A stretch of 64,000 nucleotides of DNA from an uncultured Acidimicrobiaceae bacterium (GTDB lineage Bacteria; Actinomycetota; Acidimicrobiia; Acidimicrobiales; UBA8190). The DNA lies in assembly GCA_963800065.1 (NCBI GenBank), contig CAWCZO010000007.1, positions 176,474 through 240,473 on the forward strand. Reading direction: 5' to 3'. This document shows positions 9,150 to 17,082 of the stretch, in pieces. The position numbers and the translations under genes were made by a program. The notes under the pieces were generated by a model. That model searched no databases. It had not been told where the DNA came from and was given only the letters and a program-made list of their open reading frames with translations. Position 1 is the first letter of the stretch, and each line of letters begins with the position of its first letter.

Positions 9150-10606
9150 TCCTCACCCTCGACCTCGGGACATCCACCACCAAGGCCGTCGTCTGGGACG
9201 GCGACGGACGGCGCGCCGTGGGCCGGGCCGCGGTGGCGACGTCGTTCCCGGCCGGAGACCGGGCCGAGCAGGACCCCGCCGACTGGTGGGACGCGGCGAT
9301 CGAGGCCTGTGCCGGTGCCCGCGCCGAGTCGCCGGAGTCCTTCGGCGCCGTCGAGGCGGTGGGCTTCTCGGCGGCGCGCCAGACCGTGGTGCCCGTCACC
9401 GCCGCCGGCCGGCCCCTCGGACCGGCCCTCGTGTGGTCCGATCGCCGCGCTGCGGCGGAGGCGGCGGCGATGGCGGAGCGGCTCGGTGGCGTCGACGCCG
9501 TCCGCACCCGGACGGGCGCCGTTCTGGACGGGGCGGCGGTGGCGGCCAAGGTGGCGTGGCTGGCCGCCCACGAACCCGACCGGTGGTCGGCCGCGCGGTG
9601 GTTGCTCACGCCGCGCGACCTCGTCGTCTGGCTGATGACGGGGGAGGTGGTGACCGACCCCACCATGATCTCGGCCGCCGGGCTCCAGGACGCCGACGGG
9701 GAGCCGGTGACCGATCTGGTGGCCGTCGCCGGTGACCGGCTCCCCACGGTGATCCCTCCCGACGCCGTGGCCGGGTTGCTGGCCCCGGGCCCGGCCGCCG
9801 AGCTCGGCCTCACCGAGGGGATCCCGGTGGTGGTGGGGGCCGGCGACCGGGCCTGCGAGGTCCTGGGGACCGCCGCCTCGACAGATCGACCGATGGTCTC
9901 GTGGGGTACGACGGCCAACGTCTCGGTCCCTGTCGGGGCCTTCCCCGTCCCGGTCCCCCCCGGTCTGGTCGTCACCCGGGCGGCGTCGGGGGACTGGCTC
10001 CTCGAAGGCGGACTCTCGGCGGCCGGATCCTTTCTCACCTGGTTGTCCACGCTCACCGGATTGGACGCCGCCACCCTGATGAGCCGGGCGGCGGCCTCCC
10101 CCGCCGGGGCCCACGGTGTCGTCGCCCTGCCCTGGTTCGGTGGCGCCCGGGCCCCGTGGTGGCGCGACCGGGCCCGGGGCGGCTTCCTCGGATTGAGCTT
10201 CGACCACGACGCCGGCGACCTGGCCCGCGCCGTCGTCGAATCGGTGGCCGCCGAGGTCCGGCGATGCCTCCGGGCCGCCGGCGGGGCGCCGGCCCGGGGC
10301 CTGGCCCTCACCGGCGCCGATCCGTCCACGGCGCCGTGGGCCGAGGTCCTCACCGCCGTCACCGGGCTCCCCGGCGTCCGGCGCCGTTCGGGCCTGGCGG
10401 CCTCGGCCGGGGCCGCCCTGCTGGTGGCGCGGGCCATCGGGGCGGACTACGACCTCGAACGGATCGACCCCGTGGTGGAGACGGTCGTCCCCGACGATGG
10501 GGCCGTGGCCCGGTACCACCAGCTGGGGGAACGGGCCGACGCCGTGGCCGGCGCCGTGGTGGCCCTCGACACGGGGGAACCAGGGTCACCGGGGGTGCGG
10601 CGGTGA
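9146..10606 (+). CDS. FGGY-family carbohydrate kinase
   Basis: ILTLDLGTSTTKAVVWD N-terminal ATPase motif, VVVGAGDRAC and GGGARAPWW-like C-terminal motif. TTG start overlaps the previous stop. Confidence 0.85.
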   Translation: MILTLDLGTSTTKAVVWDGDGRRAVGRAAVATSFPAGDRAEQDPADWWDAAIEACAGARAESPESFGAVEAVGFSAARQTVVPVTAAGRPLGPALVWSDRRAAAEAAAMAERLGGVDAVRTRTGAVLDGAAVAAKVAWLAAHEPDRWSAARWLLTPRDLVVWLMTGEVVTDPTMISAAGLQDADGEPVTDLVAVAGDRLPTVIPPDAVAGLLAPGPAAELGLTEGIPVVVGAGDRACEVLGTAASTDRPMVSWGTTANVSVPVGAFPVPVPPGLVVTRAASGDWLLEGGLSAAGSFLTWLSTLTGLDAATLMSRAAASPAGAHGVVALPWFGGARAPWWRDRARGGFLGLSFDHDAGDLARAVVESVAAEVRRCLRAAGGAPARGLALTGADPSTAPWAEVLTAVTGLPGVRRRSGLAASAGAALLVARAIGADYDLERIDPVVETVVPDDGAVARYHQLGERADAVAGAVVALDTGEPGSPGVRR

Positions 10607-11859
10607 AGGAGGTCCGCCTGGCCTACGGGCGCGTCGGTCTGGGCGTGTGGGTGCCCGACGCCGCCACCGTGATCACCCCGACCGACCTTCCCGGTCTGGC
10701 CGACGAGACGGGGGCCGTCCTCGACGCGCTGCGGTCGCCGTCGTCGGGGCCTCCCCTGGCCGACCTGGTGGGCCGGCACGACCGGGTGGCCGTCGTCTTC
10801 CCCGACCTGACACGGCCGATGCCGAACCGGACGGTGCTGCCGCCGCTGTTGGCCGAGCTCGAGCGGTCGGGGGCCGGACCGGACCGGGTGGAGCTGCTGT
10901 GCGCCACCGGAACCCACCGCCAGGCCACCGCCGGGGAGATGGCCGAGCTCGTCGGCGACGAGATCGTGGCCCGCTACGCCGTCCACGACCACCGGGCCGA
11001 CGACGGCGCCCACGTCGAGGTGGGCGTGGTGGACGGCGCTCCCGTTCTCATCGATCCCCGCTACGTCGACGCCGACGTCCGGATCCTGACGGGCTTCGTC
11101 GAGCCGCATTTCTTCGCCGGCTTCAGCGGCGGGCCCAAGGGGATGTGCCCGGGCCTGGCCGCCACCGAGACGATCCTCGAGGCCCACAGCCCGGGACGGA
11201 TCGCCCACGAGCGCGCCACGTGGCTGGTCACCGACGGGAATCCCGTCCACGACTTCGTCCGGGCCGCCGCCGCCCTGGCGCCGCCCACCCTGTCGGTCGA
11301 CGTGGCCATCAACAACCGTCGTCAGCTCACCGCCGTCTTCGCCGGGCCGCTCCCCGACGGGCACCGCGCCGCCTGCGACTTCGTGGAGGCGACGGCGGTG
11401 AGCGGCGTCGACGGGCGCTTCGACGTCGTCCTGACCACCAACGCCGGCTACCCGCTCGACCGGAACCTCTATCAGGCGGTGAAGGGGATGGCGGCGGCGG
11501 AACGGGTGGTGACCGACGGCGGGACCATCGTGGTGGCCGCCGCCTGTGCCGACGGTGTGCCGGCCGGAGGCTCCTTCGCCCGGCTCCTGGCCGCCGCACC
11601 CGATGGCACCGCCCTGGCCGGTTCCGACGTCCCGTCCGAGCCCGACCGCTGGCAGGTCCAGGTGCTCGGACGCGTGCTGCGCCGCGCCGCCGTCTGGTTG
11701 CACAGCGACGGCCTGACCGACGACGAGGTCCGCGGGGCGCACCTGTCTCCGGTCGGCGATGTCTCCGATGCCGTGGCCCTGGCCGTCGACCGGGCCGGCC
11801 CGGGAGCACGCGTCTGCGTCCTTCCGCAGGGTCCCCTCACCGTCGCCACCGCCCGCTGA
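10603..11859 (+). CDS. LarA-family nickel-pincer-dependent 2-hydroxyacid racemase/epimerase homolog
   Basis: From GTG 10603 (VKEVRLAYG). CATGTHR (catalytic His) and GFVEPHFFAGFSGGPKGMCPG (NPN-tethering Lys) are conserved as I recall them from LarA. GTGA overlap with the kinase gene. Confidence 0.8.
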   Translation: MKEVRLAYGRVGLGVWVPDAATVITPTDLPGLADETGAVLDALRSPSSGPPLADLVGRHDRVAVVFPDLTRPMPNRTVLPPLLAELERSGAGPDRVELLCATGTHRQATAGEMAELVGDEIVARYAVHDHRADDGAHVEVGVVDGAPVLIDPRYVDADVRILTGFVEPHFFAGFSGGPKGMCPGLAATETILEAHSPGRIAHERATWLVTDGNPVHDFVRAAAALAPPTLSVDVAINNRRQLTAVFAGPLPDGHRAACDFVEATAVSGVDGRFDVVLTTNAGYPLDRNLYQAVKGMAAAERVVTDGGTIVVAAACADGVPAGGSFARLLAAAPDGTALAGSDVPSEPDRWQVQVLGRVLRRAAVWLHSDGLTDDEVRGAHLSPVGDVSDAVALAVDRAGPGARVCVLPQGPLTVATAR

Positions 11860-11911
11860 GCGACGCCCGTCGCCTATCCCTGACAACTACGTCAGGGATA
11901 GAGTGCCGACG

Positions 11912-14104
11912 ATGTCCGAGGGGGTGCTGTTCGAGTTCACCGTTCCCGACGAGCTCCTCCGGGAGGCCGTCACCCGTCTTCCCGAGGCGGAAGCCGAGGC
12001 CGCCATCGGCGTCATCCCCGGCACCGGCGAAGGCAAGCCGCCGCCCCTCATCGGAATCCTGCGCCAGAGCGGGTTCGCCCCGCTGGTGCTTCTCACGGTG
12101 GCCGCCATCGTCCCGAGCACCTTCGGGGCCGGGATCAACCTGATCGGGAACAACCTCGAGCACTCCTTCCACCTGAGTGACGCCGGGCTCGGGGCCGTGG
12201 CCTTCGTGGCCTCGGTGTCGCAGTTCCTGTGGGCGGTGCCGCTGGCGCTGTGGGCCGACCGGGGGTCGCGGAAGGTGGTGGCGGCCGTGGCCCTGCTGAT
12301 CTTCTGCGTGTTCGGGACCCTGATGGGCCTCTCCCCCAACATCTGGTGGTTCGTCTTCCTCTACCTGCTGGCCTCGTTGGGCGTGAGCGTCAACCAGACC
12401 GTGCACAACTCGTTCCTGGCCGACGCCTACCCCACCGAGGGTCGCAGCCGGGTGTTCAGCTGGCACTATCTGGCCGACCCGATCGCCCAGACGGTGGGCA
12501 TCTTGATCTTCGGGTCCATCGTCACCTACACGCACGACTGGCGCTGGGGCCTGGTGGTGGCCGGGGCCGGTGTCCCCATCGCCCTGGCCCTCTTCAGCCT
12601 GCACGAGCCGGACAAGGGGGCCAACGAGTCGAGTCACATCCTGAAGGCGTCGGGCATGGACACTCACGCCCAGCAGCAGAGCGCCCCCCGCGTCCTGCTG
12701 GGATCGGCCGTGACGCGGCTGCTGCGGATCCGCTCGCTCTACTACCAGCTCGTGGCCGTGGCCGTCCTCGGCTTCGTGGGGATCAGCTCGGCGCTGTTCG
12801 GCAACCTCTACTTCGTGCGCGTGTGGCACCAGAGCACGGCGCATCGCAGCGTCATCAACTCCATCATCGGGCTGGCCGCCTTCCTGGGGCTGCCGGTGGC
12901 CTACACGGTGGGCGACCGGCTCTTCCGCCGCGCCCCCCAGGCCCCGCTGCTCCTGGCCGGCGTCTGCATCGCCGTCTACGGGTCGCTGTACAGCGTGTCT
13001 CTCTACATGCCCAACCTGTGGATGGTGGTGGTCCTGCAGTTCCTGGCCAACGCGGCGGTGGCGCCCATCGCCATATCCATCTTCCAGACACTGGCGGCCA
13101 CCGCCCCCGCCGAGATGCGGTCCATCTGCTTCGCCATGTTCGGCGTCTACTCGGCCATCCTGGGGGGATTCGCCGGCGGGATCATCCTCGGGGCGGTGAG
13201 TGACTCCACCAACGTCACCACCGCCCTCACCTTCATCGGCCCCGTCTGTCTGGTGGGGGGATTCCTTCTCGCCGTCGGGTCCCGTTACGTGCGGCGGGAC
13301 ATCACCATGGTCATCGAAGACGTCCTCGAGCGTTACGCCGAAGGCAAGAGACGGCAATCCGGTGGCGCCATCCCCGCCCTCCAGATCCACAACCTCGACT
13401 TTTTCTACGGGACCCAGCAGGTCCTCTTCGACATCAACCTCGAGGTGGCCGAGGGCGAGATCGTGGCCTTGTTGGGGACCAACGGCGCCGGGAAGAGCAC
13501 GCTGCTGCGGGCTGTCTCGGGCCTCGACCACCCCCACCGGGGGGTCATCCGCATCAAGGGTGCCAACTGCACGTACCTCGAGCCCGAACAGATCATCGAC
13601 CAGGGTGTGGCCCTCCTCGTGGGGGGGAAGATGACCTTTCCGGGACTGACAGTGCGGGAGAACCTGCGCGTCGGTGAGTATTCGTTCCGCCGTGAGGGTC
13701 CCCGGGTGCGCGCCGCCATCGAGGAGGCCATCGGGGTGTTCCCCGAGCTCGAGGCCCGCCTCGACCAGCCGGCAGGAACCCTGTCGGGGGGCGAGCAGCA
13801 GATGCTGGCCCTGGCCCGGGTCATGATGACCACGCCCCGGCTGCTGATGATCGACGAGCTGGCCCTGGGGCTGGCCCCCATCACCGTCGAGCGCCTCATG
13901 GCCATCGTCCGGCGGGTCAACGCCGACGGGGCCACCGTCATCCTGGTGGAACAGAGCGTCAACCGGGCCATGAGCCTGGCCCAGCACGCCTTCTTCATCG
14001 AACGGGGAGAGGTCCGATTCGACGGTCCGACCGCTGAGCTCATGGAGCGCGACGACCTCCTGCGGCCGGTCTTCCTGACGGGTGCCGCGACGGGCTCGGA
14101 CTGA
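11912..14104 (+). CDS. Fusion protein: MFS-type membrane domain plus LivF-type ABC ATPase
   Basis: The N-terminal ~480 aa are hydrophobic with MFS motif A (LWADRGSRK). The C-terminal ~240 aa have Walker A GTNGAGKST, signature LSGGEQQ and Walker B LLMIDE. Confidence 0.8.
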   Translation: MSEGVLFEFTVPDELLREAVTRLPEAEAEAAIGVIPGTGEGKPPPLIGILRQSGFAPLVLLTVAAIVPSTFGAGINLIGNNLEHSFHLSDAGLGAVAFVASVSQFLWAVPLALWADRGSRKVVAAVALLIFCVFGTLMGLSPNIWWFVFLYLLASLGVSVNQTVHNSFLADAYPTEGRSRVFSWHYLADPIAQTVGILIFGSIVTYTHDWRWGLVVAGAGVPIALALFSLHEPDKGANESSHILKASGMDTHAQQQSAPRVLLGSAVTRLLRIRSLYYQLVAVAVLGFVGISSALFGNLYFVRVWHQSTAHRSVINSIIGLAAFLGLPVAYTVGDRLFRRAPQAPLLLAGVCIAVYGSLYSVSLYMPNLWMVVVLQFLANAAVAPIAISIFQTLAATAPAEMRSICFAMFGVYSAILGGFAGGIILGAVSDSTNVTTALTFIGPVCLVGGFLLAVGSRYVRRDITMVIEDVLERYAEGKRRQSGGAIPALQIHNLDFFYGTQQVLFDINLEVAEGEIVALLGTNGAGKSTLLRAVSGLDHPHRGVIRIKGANCTYLEPEQIIDQGVALLVGGKMTFPGLTVRENLRVGEYSFRREGPRVRAAIEEAIGVFPELEARLDQPAGTLSGGEQQMLALARVMMTTPRLLMIDELALGLAPITVERLMAIVRRVNADGATVILVEQSVNRAMSLAQHAFFIERGEVRFDGPTAELMERDDLLRPVFLTGAATGSD

Positions 14105-14110
14105 GCCGGC

Positions 14111-16171
14111 GTGTCGCTCCCCCCGTCCGTCATCCTCGAGGGGGCCATCCTCGGCCTCGACTACGGGCTCCTGGCGGTGGGCCTGGTCCTGATCTACCGG
14201 ACCAGTCGGGTGGTGAATTTCGCCCAGGGCCAGCTCGGTGTGGTGGCCGCCGTCTTCCTGGTCAAGCTCTTCTACGACTTCGGCTTCAACTACTGGCTGG
14301 CGCTCGTCATCTCCGTGTCCCTGGCCGCCGCCGTCGGCGCCTTGTCGGAGCTCATCCTCCGCCGTCTGTTCAACCGGCCCCGGGTCCTCGTCATGGTGGC
14401 CACCATCGGACTGTCGCAGGTGCTGTACCTGTTCACCTTGTTCCCCTTCATCCGGCCCAAGAAGCTGTACCTGCCGTTTCCCGTGCCCATCGACTGGACC
14501 TTCCACATCGGGACCTTCCTCTTCTCCCCGGGCGAGGTCCTCACCCTGATCGTGGCGCCCATCGTGGTGATCGCCCTGGCCGCCTTCATCCGGCTCTCCT
14601 CGTGGGGTCTGGCCATGCGGGCCACGGCCGAGAACGCCGAGTCGGCCCGGCTGTCGGGCGTGTGGGTGCGGCGGACCTCGACGGTGGCTTGGACCTTGGC
14701 CGGCGCCCTGTCGGCCGTCACGGCGGTGCTCGCCTCCCCCGGCCAGACGAGCGCGCTGACCGACGTCCTCAGCCCCGACCTGCTCCTCCTGGCCCTCCTG
14801 GCCGCCCTGATCGGGGGGATGGTGAGTCTCCCCGTGGCCTTCATCGCCGGGATCGGTGTCGGCGTGGTGGACGACCTTCTCCAGTGGAACATCACCAATC
14901 CGTCGACGGGATCGGCCACCGTCGAGCTCATCCTCTTCCTCCTGCTCCTGGGGGCGCTGCTCCTGCGGGCCGCCTCCCTGCAGAAGGGGACCAGGGTGGG
15001 GGAACGATCCTCGTGGGCCATGGGGACGTCCTTCTTCCGCACCACGGGCGACGCCCTGCGCAAGAGAGTGGGATGGACCGGTGTGGGTGTCAGCCTGGTG
15101 GTGGCCATCCTCCTGCCCTTCGTCATCGGTGTGGGCCACTCCTTCCTCATGTCCCAGATCTGCCTCTACGGGGTCATCGCCCTGTCGTTGACCGTGCTCA
15201 CGGGGTGGTCGGGACAGGTGTCGCTGGGCCAGTTCGGCTTCGTCGCCGTGGGGGCCGACATCGCCACCCACATCGGTGCCAGCCTCCCTCTGGTGCTGCT
15301 GCTCCCCGTGGCCGGGGCCGCCACGGCGCTGGTATCGATCCTGGTGGGGCTCACGGCCCTGCGCATCCGCGGCCTCTACCTGGCCGTGAGCACCCTGGGA
15401 TTCGCCCTGTTCATGCAGACATCGGTGTTGGCCACCTCCTGCTTCACGCTGCCCCTGATCCACCGGACCATCTGCTCCGGACTTCCCGATCCCGAGTCGA
15501 CCCTGCTCTCCCGGCCGTCGCTGTTCGGGCTCAACCTGTCGTCGGAACAGTCCTTCGCCTGGTTCTCGCTGGGCGTTCTCGTCCTCTCGGTGCTCATGGT
15601 GCGGGTCTGGCGCGACCGGGGGGTGGCCCGCCGCCTCATCGCCGTGCGCGACAACGAGATGGCCGCCGGCTCGGCCGGCATCCCCGTCGTGCGGACCAAG
15701 CTGTTGGCCTTCGCCCTGTCGGGCTTCATGGCCGGCTACGCCGGGGTGTGCCTGGCCTTCGCCACCGAGCGGATCAGCACCGACACCTTCGACCCCACCT
15801 TCTCGATCCTGGTCGTCTCCATGGTGGTGATCGGCGGGCTCGACTCGATCCCCGGGGCCCTGCTCGGTGCTCTCTACCTCGAGGGCCTTCCGGCCTTCTT
15901 CGGTTCCACCCCCACCGTCGAGTTCCTCACCAGCGGCGCCGGGCTCCTCGTCTTCATCCTCTATCTCCCCGGCGGGATGGCCCAGGTCCTCCACCGGTTC
16001 GGTGACCTGGTCACCGCCGGGGTGGAGAACCTGCGGACCCGGTGGGGCGGCGCCCCGCCCGGCGATCCGGCCGACGCGCCGTCGCAGAACCCCGCCGTCC
16101 GTCCCCTCGGCCCCGATCCGCGGCCCCGCGACCCCACCGGGGCCGGCGCTCTCACCATGGCCGATCCGTGA
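14111..16171 (+). CDS. Fused LivH-LivM branched-chain-type ABC permease
   Basis: 686-aa polytopic protein. First half has LIYRTSRVVNFAQGQ (LivH-like). Second half has LTGWSGQVSLGQFGF (LivM-like). Confidence 0.85.
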   Translation: MSLPPSVILEGAILGLDYGLLAVGLVLIYRTSRVVNFAQGQLGVVAAVFLVKLFYDFGFNYWLALVISVSLAAAVGALSELILRRLFNRPRVLVMVATIGLSQVLYLFTLFPFIRPKKLYLPFPVPIDWTFHIGTFLFSPGEVLTLIVAPIVVIALAAFIRLSSWGLAMRATAENAESARLSGVWVRRTSTVAWTLAGALSAVTAVLASPGQTSALTDVLSPDLLLLALLAALIGGMVSLPVAFIAGIGVGVVDDLLQWNITNPSTGSATVELILFLLLLGALLLRAASLQKGTRVGERSSWAMGTSFFRTTGDALRKRVGWTGVGVSLVVAILLPFVIGVGHSFLMSQICLYGVIALSLTVLTGWSGQVSLGQFGFVAVGADIATHIGASLPLVLLLPVAGAATALVSILVGLTALRIRGLYLAVSTLGFALFMQTSVLATSCFTLPLIHRTICSGLPDPESTLLSRPSLFGLNLSSEQSFAWFSLGVLVLSVLMVRVWRDRGVARRLIAVRDNEMAAGSAGIPVVRTKLLAFALSGFMAGYAGVCLAFATERISTDTFDPTFSILVVSMVVIGGLDSIPGALLGALYLEGLPAFFGSTPTVEFLTSGAGLLVFILYLPGGMAQVLHRFGDLVTAGVENLRTRWGGAPPGDPADAPSQNPAVRPLGPDPRPRDPTGAGALTMADP

Positions 16172-17082
16172 CCGACGACGACGCAACCAAGACGGGCCCG
16201 GCCCGCCTCGACATCGAGGACCTGGTGGTCGCCTACGGGGGACTGCGGGCCGTGAACGGCGCCAGCCTGGCCGTCGGAGCGGGGGCGATCGTCGGCCTCA
16301 TCGGGGCCAACGGATCGGGGAAGACGACGTTGCTCGACGCCGTGTCGGGCCTCGTGGCCCCCTCGGAGGGACGGCTGCTGCTCGACCAGGTGGACATGGT
16401 CGACTACCGACCCGAGGAGCGCGCCCGGCTGGGGATGGTCCGTTCGTTCCAGGACTGCCGCCTCTATCCGGAGTTGACGGTGGAGGACACGCTCATGTTG
16501 TGCGAGGACGCGCGTCGTCGGGTCAGCGTGCTGTCGACCACCCTGCAGTTGCCGTGGGCGCGTCGTGCCGAACGGGAGAAGCGCCAGGCGATCGAAGGCG
16601 TGATCGCCTCGTTCGGGCTCGAGAGGTTCCGGCTCCACCAGACCGCCCATCTGTCGACGGGCACGCGCCGGGTGGTGGACCTGGCGTCCATCGTCCTGGC
16701 CAATCCCCGTCTGCTGCTGCTCGACGAACCCACCGCCGGGATCGCCCAGCGCGAGGCCGAGGCCTTCATCCCCCTGTTGCGACGGCTGCACGAGGTGACC
16801 GACTCCACCATCCTCCTCGTGGAGCACGACGTGCCGCTCGTCTTCGAGCTGTGTTCGACGGTGGTCGTCATGCAGACGGGGGAGGTCGTGTCAGTCGGCA
16901 CGCCCGACGAGGTCAAGCGCGACCCCAAGGCTCTGGCCGCCTATCTGGGAGCGAGCGAGGAGGCGTTGAACGTATCGGGCCCGTTGGCCGCCTCGTCGGC
17001 CCGACCCCCGGAACGGGGATCGGGCCAGCCGGGGGCCGACCCCGGCCCGCCGGGTCCGGCACCGTCGGGGGAGGACGGGTGA
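16168..17082 (+). CDS. LivG-type ABC ATPase
   Basis: From GTG 16168 (GTGA overlap). Walker A GANGSGKTT, LSTGTRR signature and LLLLDEP Walker B. Confidence 0.85.
   Translation: MTDDDATKTGPARLDIEDLVVAYGGLRAVNGASLAVGAGAIVGLIGANGSGKTTLLDAVSGLVAPSEGRLLLDQVDMVDYRPEERARLGMVRSFQDCRLYPELTVEDTLMLCEDARRRVSVLSTTLQLPWARRAEREKRQAIEGVIASFGLERFRLHQTAHLSTGTRRVVDLASIVLANPRLLLLDEPTAGIAQREAEAFIPLLRRLHEVTDSTILLVEHDVPLVFELCSTVVVMQTGEVVSVGTPDEVKRDPKALAAYLGASEEALNVSGPLAASSARPPERGSGQPGADPGPPGPAPSGEDG

Noticed and set aside
11837-16186. 1449-aa reverse-strand ORF. Similar very long ORFs are 8585..10519(-), 16941..19412(-), 53865..55823(-) and 3735..5135(-).
   Set aside because: They lie antisense to genes with clear motif-level identities. 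Their translations are Arg/Gly/Pro/His/Asp-rich low-complexity strings without any recognisable domain. That is the usual stop-codon-poor antisense frame of high-GC DNA.
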